A stretch of 64,000 nucleotides of DNA from Candidatus Woesebacteria bacterium UBA1430 (GTDB taxonomy: Bacteria; Patescibacteriota; Microgenomatia; UBA8517). Positions 47,183 to 55,769 of this stretch are shown here, piece after piece. The stretch spans positions 3 to 64,002 of the forward strand of contig DCTW01000007.1 of assembly GCA_002329465.1 (NCBI GenBank), read 5' to 3'. The position numbers and the translations under genes were made by a program. How positions within the stretch are numbered: position 1 is the first letter of the stretch; each line of letters starts with the position of its first letter. The notes under the pieces were generated by a model that saw only the letters and a list, made by a program, of their open reading frames with translations, searched no databases and was not told the origin of the DNA.

Positions 47183-47451
47183 TATCAAAAAAATTATTAA
47201 TTAAAGGCAGAGTCCAGGCTGTCTTCTATCGCGCTTGGCTCAAAAAAAACGCCGAAAATGCAACAATGACCGGTTGGGCTAAAAACCTGCCCGACGGCAG
47301 CGTAGAGGCAGTCCTCCAAGGAGAAAAAGAAAAAGTAGATAATCTTATTAAAAAATGCCGTCAAGGCCCGCCCCTGGCAAGAGTTGATGAAATTATTGTT
47401 AAAAAAGCAAGGCTGGATAAATCCTTGAAAAGTTTTAGAGTGAAAAGTTAA
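47167..47451 (+). CDS. acyP: acylphosphatase
   Basis: KGRVQAVFYRAW ... GWAKNLPDGSVEAVLQGE pattern. Confidence 0.85.
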   Translation: MEKGLVSKKLLIKGRVQAVFYRAWLKKNAENATMTGWAKNLPDGSVEAVLQGEKEKVDNLIKKCRQGPPLARVDEIIVKKARLDKSLKSFRVKS

Positions 47452-47453
47452 AT

Positions 47454-47837
47454 TTATTTTTTTCCAAAAAGTCGAGCAAAAAATCCAGGTTTTTTTGTTT
47501 CTGTTGACCCAGCAGTCGGCGCTTTAGCTTGTGGAATACTCTCTGCTGGCGTGGGAAATTCCTCCGTTCTAGCTGGTGGTTGGGCACTTCCGGCATATCC
47601 GGTTCCCACGCGCTCAGGCGCTTGTTCCGCAAGGGTTTCGTGTGCGACTTTACCCGCTAAATTGGGAGGAAAGTGTCCTTCGTGGGGATCTCTGGTTGAT
47701 CCTGCGGTTTCTTGTGCCCTTTCTATTATTTGACCAACATCGGCATTTGCACGAGGGGCTTCTGCTCCAAAAGTTTCTGTTACAGGAGGTGCACCACCGG
47801 GTGCTACTGGTTCTTGAGTTTCTATTCCATTATCCAT
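47454..47837 (-). CDS. low-complexity P/A/G/E/T-rich protein
   Basis: ATG at 47837 (MDNGIETQEPVAPGG...). Locally G+C-rich; ORFs are open on both strands, so the coding call is uncertain. Confidence 0.4.
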   Translation of the reverse strand: MDNGIETQEPVAPGGAPPVTETFGAEAPRANADVGQIIERAQETAGSTRDPHEGHFPPNLAGKVAHETLAEQAPERVGTGYAGSAQPPARTEEFPTPAESIPQAKAPTAGSTETKKPGFFARLFGKK

Positions 47838-47931
47838 ATATTTACTTAACCACAAACTATCAAATCTTGTCAACTAATCCTTGAATCTTGCCTCCCAAAA
47901 GTATAAAAATAACTAAGGCGGCAAAAAACAC

Positions 47932-48471
47932 ATGTTGAAAAAAGAAATCACCTTCCACTTGCTTTTTTTATTAATCATTTTTACAATCACGACGCTTATT
48001 AAGCGTTGGTTCGTAAGCCCCGTCTATTTACTCTTTTGGCTCGGAGGAATTGTTGGCACATTTCTGCCTAATCTGGACCATGCTATCTATGCATTTTTCT
48101 TACGTCCGCACGAGCTTACTAGTCAAAGATTTGTAGCTTTTATCAAAAACCGCAAATTTATTAGCGCTTTAGAGCTCATGCAAACCACAAGAGACGAAAG
48201 GCAAAAATTAATTTTTCATTCAAGCCTTTTTCAGATATTTTTTGTTATATTCGCATTCTGGGTTATCAGCGCTTCGGGAAGTTTGTTTGGAAGGGGTTTG
48301 GTAACAGCATTTTTAATACATCTTTTTGTTGATCAGGCTCAGGATTTTCAAAAAAGAGGGGACATTAAAAATTGGTTTCAAGGTATAAATCTTACCCTCA
48401 CAAAAGACCAAGAAGTATTATATCTTGTGTCTAACCTTCTCATAATCCTTGTCGTGAGCTTTCTTTTCTAG
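47932..48471 (+). CDS. multi-TM membrane protein
   Basis: Four to five hydrophobic helices. No family assigned. Confidence 0.5.
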   Translation: MLKKEITFHLLFLLIIFTITTLIKRWFVSPVYLLFWLGGIVGTFLPNLDHAIYAFFLRPHELTSQRFVAFIKNRKFISALELMQTTRDERQKLIFHSSLFQIFFVIFAFWVISASGSLFGRGLVTAFLIHLFVDQAQDFQKRGDIKNWFQGINLTLTKDQEVLYLVSNLLIILVVSFLF

Positions 48472-48548
48472 CGCAAGTGGTCTATATTAAATTAAGGTCA
48501 TAATTTGCACTTGGCCTAAGGTTTTAATTGAAATAAATTTTGCTCTAT

Positions 48549-49757
48549 ATGAAAGTCTTGATGTTCGGCTGGGAATTTCCGCCCCACAACAGCGGCGGAC
48601 TTGGAGTAGCCTGTCAGGGTCTTGCAAAGGCTCTTGGGCAATACGCTGATTTAATTTTCGTTTTACCCAAAAAGCTTGATATAAAACCAAACGGAAAATT
48701 TAAATTAATTAGCGCGGACATAGAAAACATCTCCCTAAAATTTATTAATAGTACGCTTATTCCTTATATTACATCGGAAAAATACTACGGATTGAATCGA
48801 AACAAAAAATCCGTTTACGGACGAACGCTTTTCGAAGAAGTAGAAAGATACGCGGAACTAGCCGGAGAAATTGCCAAAAAAGAAAGCTTTGACATAATAC
48901 ACGCGCATGATTGGCTAAGCTTTGGTGCAGGAATAAATGCAAAAAAGGCAAGCGGTAAGCCCCTTGTTGCTCACATTCACGCAACCGAAATAGACAGAAC
49001 AGGCGGAAACATAAATAAACAAATCTACGAAAAAGAAAAAGAAGGCTTGGAATACGCAGACCGCATAATTTCTGTAAGCGAATTTACCAAAAACATTCTT
49101 CTTAATCACTACCAAATACCCTCTGAAAAAATAGAAGTTGTCCACAACGGTATCGATTTGGCAAATTATACCCTTTCCGCAAATACAGACTTAAGCTTCA
49201 AAAAACTCAAAAGCTTGGGTTTCAAAATAGTCCTTTTTGTAGGAAGAATAACAATCATGAAAGGGCCGGACTACTTCGTCCACGCAGCGCAAAAAGTATT
49301 GAAGCATAACCCCAAAACACTTTTTGTCATGGTCGGGTCAGGGGATATGGAAGGCCAAATTATCGATCAGGTAGCAAAGCTTGGAATTTCGGATAAATTC
49401 TTCTTCACGGGCTTTCTAAGAGGGGCTGATTTATCAAAAGCGTTTAAAGCAGCGGATCTCTTTGTTATGCCTTCAATTTCCGAGCCGTTTGGCCTTACCG
49501 CTCTTGAATCGCTTATTCACAAAACCCCCGCAATCGTTTCAAAACAATCCGGAGTATCGGAGGTATTAAACCAGGTAATGAAAGTTGATTTTTGGGATAC
49601 GGATGAAATGGCAGATAAAATTTTATCCGTTCTAAAATACAAAAGCCTGCATAAAGAAATGAGCACAAATGGCGAAAAAGAAGCAGCCTTTTGTTCCTGG
49701 GAGAGCGCTGCGCAAAAATGTATTAATATTTATAATAAATTAGCCATTAATCATTAG
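48549..49757 (+). CDS. glycosyltransferase, glycogen-synthase-like (GT4/GT5 fold)
   Basis: FGWEFPPHNSGGLGVACQGLAKAL N-terminus and the SEPFGLTALESL E-x7-E motif. ATG at 48549. Confidence 0.8.
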   Translation: MKVLMFGWEFPPHNSGGLGVACQGLAKALGQYADLIFVLPKKLDIKPNGKFKLISADIENISLKFINSTLIPYITSEKYYGLNRNKKSVYGRTLFEEVERYAELAGEIAKKESFDIIHAHDWLSFGAGINAKKASGKPLVAHIHATEIDRTGGNINKQIYEKEKEGLEYADRIISVSEFTKNILLNHYQIPSEKIEVVHNGIDLANYTLSANTDLSFKKLKSLGFKIVLFVGRITIMKGPDYFVHAAQKVLKHNPKTLFVMVGSGDMEGQIIDQVAKLGISDKFFFTGFLRGADLSKAFKAADLFVMPSISEPFGLTALESLIHKTPAIVSKQSGVSEVLNQVMKVDFWDTDEMADKILSVLKYKSLHKEMSTNGEKEAAFCSWESAAQKCINIYNKLAINH

Positions 49758-49771
49758 TCATTAATCATCAA
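49744..49771 (+). repeat. tandem heptanucleotide repeat, 4 units (CCATTAA TCATTAG TCATTAA TCATCAA)
   Basis: Read directly from the sequence. It spans the 3' end of the GT gene, and the TAG of unit 2 (49755-49757) is the stop codon. Confidence 0.8.
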
Positions 49772-49774
49772 GCT

Positions 49775-50971
49775 ATGAGCTCAATCTGCATTTATTTCCA
49801 AGTCCACCAGCCAAGAAGAATCAAAAGGTTTAGAATTTTTGATATCGGTAAAGAGGAGGATTACTTTAAAGACGATTCCAATACAAACCTAAACAATAAA
49901 AAAATTATCGAGAAAGTAGCCTCAAAGTGTTATATTCCTACAAACCACTTGCTTCTTAGTCTATTGAATAAACACCCCGAATTTAAAGTGTCATTTTCCT
50001 TTTCCGGCCTTGTACTCGAGCAGCTAAAAGAGTATTCACCCAAAGCACTAAGTTCTTTCCAAAATTTAGTGGCCACAAAAAAAGTGGAGCTTTTAAGCGA
50101 AACATATTATCACTCTCTCTCCTTTTTGTATTCAGAGGAAGAATTTAAAAGTCAAGTTGGTCTCCACAAAAAAATTATCAAAAAACTTTTTGGCGTAACA
50201 CCCAAGGTTTTTAGAAATACAGAGCTAATTTACAATAATGACCTGGCAAAACTCGTAGAAAAAATGGGATATAAAGGCATCTTGGCAGAAGGTGTGGATA
50301 ACGTTTTAGACTGGAGAAGTCCAAATTTTATATATAAGCCAAAGGATGCAGATATCGCGCTTCTTCTTAAAAACTACCGTCTCTCAGACGACATTGCGTT
50401 CAGGTTTTCCGAAAAATCTTGGAAAGAATACCCGCTCACAGCGGAAAAATTTGCAAACTGGATAAATGCAGTTAACGGTAACGGAGAAGTAATAAATCTT
50501 TTTATGGATTACGAAACTTTCGGTGAACATCAATGGGAAGACACGGGCATTTTTAAATTTCTAGAGAAACTTCCCTCAGAAATTCTTAAACATCCGGACA
50601 ACGATTTTGTAACGCCAAGCGAAGCGATCAAAAAATACAAACCCAAAGACGAGCTTGATATACCGGAGTTTATTTCCTGGGCAGACGTAGAAAGAGATCT
50701 CTCCGCCTGGCTTTCAAACTCAATGCAAAAAGACGCTATCCACAAGCTCTATTCTTTAAGGGAAAAGGTAATAAATTCGAAAAACAAAAGTTTGATCAGA
50801 GACTGGAGACTGCTTACGGCTTCCGACCACTTCTATTATATGTGCACCAAATGGTTTGCGGACGGAGATGTGCACAAATATTTTAACCCCTATGATACGC
50901 CGTATGACGCGTTTCGCTATTTTATGAATGTTTATACCGATCTAAAGCTTCGTGTTAATAAAAAACAATGA
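49775..50971 (+). CDS. glycoside hydrolase family 57 (alpha-amylase/glucanotransferase-like)
   Basis: YFQVHQPRR N-terminal block and the MDYETFGEHQWE catalytic-region block. Confidence 0.8.
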   Translation: MSSICIYFQVHQPRRIKRFRIFDIGKEEDYFKDDSNTNLNNKKIIEKVASKCYIPTNHLLLSLLNKHPEFKVSFSFSGLVLEQLKEYSPKALSSFQNLVATKKVELLSETYYHSLSFLYSEEEFKSQVGLHKKIIKKLFGVTPKVFRNTELIYNNDLAKLVEKMGYKGILAEGVDNVLDWRSPNFIYKPKDADIALLLKNYRLSDDIAFRFSEKSWKEYPLTAEKFANWINAVNGNGEVINLFMDYETFGEHQWEDTGIFKFLEKLPSEILKHPDNDFVTPSEAIKKYKPKDELDIPEFISWADVERDLSAWLSNSMQKDAIHKLYSLREKVINSKNKSLIRDWRLLTASDHFYYMCTKWFADGDVHKYFNPYDTPYDAFRYFMNVYTDLKLRVNKKQ

Positions 50972-52923
50972 GTAGATCACTAGTACTTGGAAACGGAAGC
51001 ATACTGGTAGGCATCGATAGTTACGCCCGGATAAGGGATTTCTATTTCGATTACGTTGGCCTTGAAAATCACATGGGAGAAAATTCGCTTAACAAAATCG
51101 GAGTTTTTGTGGACGAAAAAATAAGCTGGCTTGATTCCGGAGAATGGGAAATAATCATTGACTACAAGCCCGAAACGCTAGCAGGAAGTATTACGGCAAT
51201 CAACGAATCATTGGAATTAGAGCTTCATTTTCTCGATGTTGTCTATAACGAAAAAAATATTTTTCTGCGCGAAATAACTGTTAAAAATCTTGCCAAAAGG
51301 GCAAGAAACATTAAAGTTTTCTTAAACCATCAATTCAGAATGTACGGAATCGAAAAAAAAGACACGGTTTATTTTGATCCGGAAGACGAGGTAATTATCC
51401 ACTATAAAGGCAGAAGAGTTTCTTTAATTGGCGGAGTAATGGATGATAAAAACGGTTTTTCCGATTATAGCGTAGGTCTTTCCGGCATAGAGGGCAGGGA
51501 AGGGACATGGATGGACGCGGAAGATGGGTCTTTACAAAAAAACGAAATAGAGCACGGCTCTGTAGATTCAACCATAGCCTTTGAAAAAAGCGCGGATTCA
51601 AGCGCAAGCTTTTCGTTTATAGTCTGGGTAGCTTTTGCAAAAACTCTCGACAATGTCAAAAAAATTAATCTGTACATTCTTAAAAAAACTCCCGAGCACC
51701 TTCTTGAATCGGCCCAAGACTTCTGGTATGCATGGCTGAACAAAACAAATTTTGACTTTTGCGACCTTGATAAAGAAATAGTCGATCTTTTCAAAAAATC
51801 TCTTTTAATCATGCGCACACACGTTGACAATACGGGTGCAATAATTGCATCAGGAGACTCTGAGCTTCTGCGTTACGGCAGAGACAACTATTCGTATGTC
51901 TGGACGCGCGATGCGGCACAAGTAGCACTTGCTCTTGATATGGCAGGCTATCACGAAGTTTCCAGAAAATTTTTTGAATTTGCAAACGAGGTAATAAGCG
52001 AGGAGGGTTACTTCTTCCATCGCTACCGCTGCGACAAATCATTAGGCAGCTCATGGCATCCATGGATTTCGGATGGTCGCCGCCAGCTTCCTATTCAGGA
52101 AGACGAAACAGCTCTTGTAATCTACGCACTCTGGAAGCACTATGAGAATACAAAAAATCTTGAATTTATAGAAAGCATTTACAATTCACTTATCAAAAAA
52201 GCATCAAATTTTATGCTCGGCTTTAGGAATGAACTTAAATTACCCTTCCCAAGCTACGATCTCTGGGAAATGAAATATGGAATAAATACCTTCACATCAT
52301 CCTCGGTTTATGCAGCCTTAACAGCAGCCTCAGAATTTGCAAAACTTCTTGGTAAAGAAAACGACGAAAAGTTATTCCGTCAAGGTGCCGATGAGCTAAA
52401 AGAGGCGATTACTAAAAATCTTTATAACGATAACGCCCGCTACTTTTATAAACTTATAGATATCGTCGAAGGAAATATAATTCACGATGAAACCGTTGAT
52501 TCAAGCAGCCTTCACGGAATATCTTTTTTTGAAGTCCTTCCAATAAATGACAGCAAATTAGAAGAAGCATACAAGGTTTTTAATTCACACTTAAGCTGCA
52601 GTAGCGGGGTCGGTGGCATTGCCAGGTTTGAAAACGATGAATATTTCAAAGATCCAAACACCTCTTGTCCGGGCAATCCCTGGTTTATAACTACGCTTTG
52701 GAAAGCACAATACGAAATCAAAAAAGCACAAAGCAATAAAAATCTCAACGAAGCAAAAAACATTCTAAAATGGGTTACAAATAAAGCGCTTTTTTCCGGC
52801 ATTCTTTCCGAACAAATTCATTGGGCAAACGGGAACCAGCTTTCAGCCTCTCCTTTAGTTTGGAGCCATGCGGAATTTGTAATAACCGTAATAATGTATA
52901 TAAATAAATATGACAAAGCCTAA
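50968..52923 (+). CDS. glycoside hydrolase family 15 (glucoamylase/glucodextranase-like)
   Basis: N-terminal beta-sandwich plus an (alpha/alpha)6 domain with YSYVWTRDAA, QEDETA and LWE blocks. Confidence 0.8.
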   Translation: MSRSLVLGNGSILVGIDSYARIRDFYFDYVGLENHMGENSLNKIGVFVDEKISWLDSGEWEIIIDYKPETLAGSITAINESLELELHFLDVVYNEKNIFLREITVKNLAKRARNIKVFLNHQFRMYGIEKKDTVYFDPEDEVIIHYKGRRVSLIGGVMDDKNGFSDYSVGLSGIEGREGTWMDAEDGSLQKNEIEHGSVDSTIAFEKSADSSASFSFIVWVAFAKTLDNVKKINLYILKKTPEHLLESAQDFWYAWLNKTNFDFCDLDKEIVDLFKKSLLIMRTHVDNTGAIIASGDSELLRYGRDNYSYVWTRDAAQVALALDMAGYHEVSRKFFEFANEVISEEGYFFHRYRCDKSLGSSWHPWISDGRRQLPIQEDETALVIYALWKHYENTKNLEFIESIYNSLIKKASNFMLGFRNELKLPFPSYDLWEMKYGINTFTSSSVYAALTAASEFAKLLGKENDEKLFRQGADELKEAITKNLYNDNARYFYKLIDIVEGNIIHDETVDSSSLHGISFFEVLPINDSKLEEAYKVFNSHLSCSSGVGGIARFENDEYFKDPNTSCPGNPWFITTLWKAQYEIKKAQSNKNLNEAKNILKWVTNKALFSGILSEQIHWANGNQLSASPLVWSHAEFVITVIMYINKYDKA

Positions 52924-53749
52924 TTTGCCGTATCTTCTGATTGATATAGGAGGAACATATACAAGACTTACGGCGTGCAAAAACGGCATAAGTTTTGTTG
53001 AGCCGGAAGTTTTTAAAACGCCCAAAAATTTTAGCAAAGCCATTAAAAAAATAAAACTGCATGCCGATAAATCTTTGGGAAACGAAAAACCAGGCATTGT
53101 TATTGCGGGAGTAGCAGGCCCATTAAATACGGATAAAAGCGCTCTTACAAACCCCCCAAACCTTAAGCCCTGGAGCGGTAAACCTCTTCGAAACAAACTC
53201 TCAAATATATTTGGTACACAGGTATTTCTAGAAAACGATACGGCAATAGTAGGCCTTGGCGAAGCGTCAAAAGGAGCAGGAGTAAATTACTCGATAGTTT
53301 CATATATTACCGTAAGTACAGGAATAAATGGGGCACGAATAATTGATAAAAAAATAGATAGAAACGCTCAAGGGTTTGAAGTGGGCCACCATATAATAGA
53401 CGCAGATAAATCTATTCTTAAAAAATCCAAAGGAGAACTTGAAGACTTTATCTCAGGCCGGGAAATTAAAAAAAGATTTGATAAAGACCCTTTCGAAATC
53501 GAAGACAATAATATCTGGTCCGAGGTGGCAAAATACTTAGCAGTTGGTATCCATAACACAATTCTTTTTTGGTCCCCCGAAGTTGTAGTTCTCGGCGGAA
53601 GCTTAATGAAAAAAATTAGCTTAAGTGAAACAAAAAAGGAATTAGAAAAAATTATGAAAATACACCCCAAGCTACCCGAAATTAAAAAAGCCCAGCTAGG
53701 AAATTTCGGAGGCCTCTGGGGCGCGCTTGAGTACGCCAATTCCCTATGA
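52910..53749 (+). CDS. ROK-family sugar kinase (glucokinase-like, lacks Cys-rich Zn motif)
   Basis: LLIDIGGTYTRL phosphate-1 loop, ENDTAIVGLGE and GINGARI. Confidence 0.7.
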   Translation: MTKPNLPYLLIDIGGTYTRLTACKNGISFVEPEVFKTPKNFSKAIKKIKLHADKSLGNEKPGIVIAGVAGPLNTDKSALTNPPNLKPWSGKPLRNKLSNIFGTQVFLENDTAIVGLGEASKGAGVNYSIVSYITVSTGINGARIIDKKIDRNAQGFEVGHHIIDADKSILKKSKGELEDFISGREIKKRFDKDPFEIEDNNIWSEVAKYLAVGIHNTILFWSPEVVVLGGSLMKKISLSETKKELEKIMKIHPKLPEIKKAQLGNFGGLWGALEYANSL

Positions 53750-54993
53750 TTTTTAAAAACAAGCTCAAGTTTATAAAAGTTATCTATTTCATTTTTCTTC
53801 TGATACCGGCATTTTTAATACTTTCTCCCGAGAAAAAGACGTCCCCATCCTATCAAATGGGGCAATTATCAGGAGCCCTTGCGATTACCATGCTCTCAAT
53901 CCAGTTTGTACTTTCATCAAGGTTCAAATTTCTAGAAAAGTCCGTAGGATACGATAAAATAATTAAACTCCATTCCCAAAACGCGAGGTTCATGCTTCTA
54001 TTTGTACTGATACATCCGCTTTTTCTTTTTTCGGCAATAACCCCTTTCACGCTTGATTATTGGCAAGGCAAGCTTGCCCTCCTGCTTCTTTTAATAGTGG
54101 CCACAACAAGCATTTATTCCGATAAGCTAAAAATTAATTACGAAAACTGGAAAGTTATTCATAAACTAACCTATCTTATAGTTTTTTTGGGTTTCTTCCA
54201 CAGCTTTACTGAAGGATCCGATATCGTTTCCCAAAGCCCGTTTTACTATTGGTGGCTTTTTCTTATGTTCTTAGTTATAGTCTCCGTCGCACACAGATTT
54301 AAAAAGCTTTATTTTAATAAAAATATTTATGAAGTAGTTGATATTAGAAAAGAAACAAACTCGGTGCGCACCGTCAGTCTTAGACCCCTAAGGGGCAAAT
54401 TATTCAATTACAATCCTGCCCAATTCGCTTTCGTTACTTTTTACTCCGATGCTTTGCCGAAAGAAGAGCATCATTTTACAATAACATCCACCCCCGAGGA
54501 GGAGACTCTTTCCTTTACTATCAAAGAATCAGGAGATTTTACTTCAAAGCTCGGACTTCTTAAAAAGGGAGATAAAGCAAAGCTCGACGGTCCCTACGGA
54601 GCATTAAGCGAAAGCCTTGGAGAAGATAGCGCGCTTTTTATAGCGGCAGGCATTGGGATAACTCCGATAAAAAACCTCCTTTCTAAAGGCTCAAAGCTTA
54701 TCTACGCCGTCAAAAATGAAAAAGAAATAGTCTTTAAGGATTTTTTGGAAAAAAAGGCTAAGAAAAATGAAATCGATCTTGTTTACGTTTTTTCTCGTAA
54801 ACTACCCCCAAACATCAAATTCAAAGCCTACAAAGGGCATATAGATAAAAAAATTCTTGAAAAAGAATTCAACGGTTTTAAAAAGGTGGTTTTGGTAGCT
54901 CCTCCTGCATTAGTTAAAGCTTTAAAAAAAGATTTAATATCTCTCGGGGTCGAAAAAACAAATATCTTCATAGAAATATTCTCCCTAAAGTAA
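53746..54993 (+). CDS. NOX/ferric-reductase-family transmembrane flavocytochrome (FRD + FAD + NAD(P)H domains)
   Basis: Six TM helices. His pairs H76/H90 and H139/H152 are spaced 14 and 13 residues. FAD motif HHFTITS and NAD(P)H motif AAGIGITP. Confidence 0.75.
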   Translation: MIFKNKLKFIKVIYFIFLLIPAFLILSPEKKTSPSYQMGQLSGALAITMLSIQFVLSSRFKFLEKSVGYDKIIKLHSQNARFMLLFVLIHPLFLFSAITPFTLDYWQGKLALLLLLIVATTSIYSDKLKINYENWKVIHKLTYLIVFLGFFHSFTEGSDIVSQSPFYYWWLFLMFLVIVSVAHRFKKLYFNKNIYEVVDIRKETNSVRTVSLRPLRGKLFNYNPAQFAFVTFYSDALPKEEHHFTITSTPEEETLSFTIKESGDFTSKLGLLKKGDKAKLDGPYGALSESLGEDSALFIAAGIGITPIKNLLSKGSKLIYAVKNEKEIVFKDFLEKKAKKNEIDLVYVFSRKLPPNIKFKAYKGHIDKKILEKEFNGFKKVVLVAPPALVKALKKDLISLGVEKTNIFIEIFSLK

Positions 54994-55000
54994 GTGCTTG

Positions 55001-55030
55001 TTGACTTATTCGTATTTTTCTTTGTATAGT
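55001..55030 (+). promoter_or_regulatory. candidate promoter of trxA
   Basis: TTGACT (55001-55006), an 18-nt spacer, then TATAGT (55025-55030). ATG at 55046. Confidence 0.35.
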
Positions 55031-55045
55031 GGGAAGCGTCAAGCT

Positions 55046-55366
55046 ATGGCATTAATAGACATAACGGATCAAGATTTTCAGGAAAAAGTATTAAATTCAG
55101 ACATTCCAGTATTGATAGATTTCTGGGCTCCGTGGTGCGGACCGTGCAAAATGGCAGCTCCCGCCCTCGAAGAACTCTCCGAAGCCTATAAAGATAAAGT
55201 CAAATTTTTAAAAATAAACGTTGACGAAAACCAAACAAATGCGTCAAGCCTTGGCGTCATGTCTATCCCCACAACCATTCTGTTCAATCAAGGAAAAGAG
55301 ATAGGAAGACAAATTGGCTTTGCGGGCAAGCAAGCATTTGAAGATTTACTAAAGAAACTAAATTAA
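55046..55366 (+). CDS. trxA: thioredoxin
   Basis: FWAPWCGPCK active site and ~106 aa length. ATG at 55046. Confidence 0.9.
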   Translation: MALIDITDQDFQEKVLNSDIPVLIDFWAPWCGPCKMAAPALEELSEAYKDKVKFLKINVDENQTNASSLGVMSIPTTILFNQGKEIGRQIGFAGKQAFEDLLKKLN

Positions 55367-55400
55367 ATCTGTTAATATAAAATCAAAGGAGGTGATAAAA

Positions 55401-55709
55401 ATGGGAGACGACAATACTCAAAATCCAACCTCTCCAGCATCGAACATGGGTAGTGGAGTGCCTCAGTCGACAGAACCGACTGCACAAGTACCACAATACC
55501 CATCTCAAACAAGTCAGACTCAGGTGACGGCAGATGAGCCAACGACGCCGGAAGCGCCTGTTACTGGCTCCGCAACCACACCCGAGCCAACACAGCCAGT
55601 CGAGCCGCAGTCAACTGCGAACATGGGTGGTTCAATGCAGGAACCCACAATGCCTTCTCAAAGTGGCGATGAAGACACAAACATTGGGGGTACGGGTTCG
55701 CAAGCATAA
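55401..55709 (+). CDS. low-complexity P/T/Q/S/E-rich small protein (102 aa)
   Basis: ATG at 55401 follows AAAGGAGGTGA. Disordered composition, locally G+C-rich. Confidence 0.45.
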   Translation: MGDDNTQNPTSPASNMGSGVPQSTEPTAQVPQYPSQTSQTQVTADEPTTPEAPVTGSATTPEPTQPVEPQSTANMGGSMQEPTMPSQSGDEDTNIGGTGSQA

Positions 55710-55730
55710 ATGGCAATATTTGTTTATTAA

Positions 55731-55758
55731 ACGAAGCGGGCAAGTTTGCTCGCTTCGT
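55731..55758 (+). other. strong intergenic hairpin (ACGAAGCGGGCAA-gt-TTGCTCGCTTCGT)
   Basis: A ~13-bp stem including one G-U pair, located between the disordered-protein ORF and trxB. No U-tract on the plus strand. Confidence 0.35.
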
Positions 55759-55769
55759 AAACTGCAATT

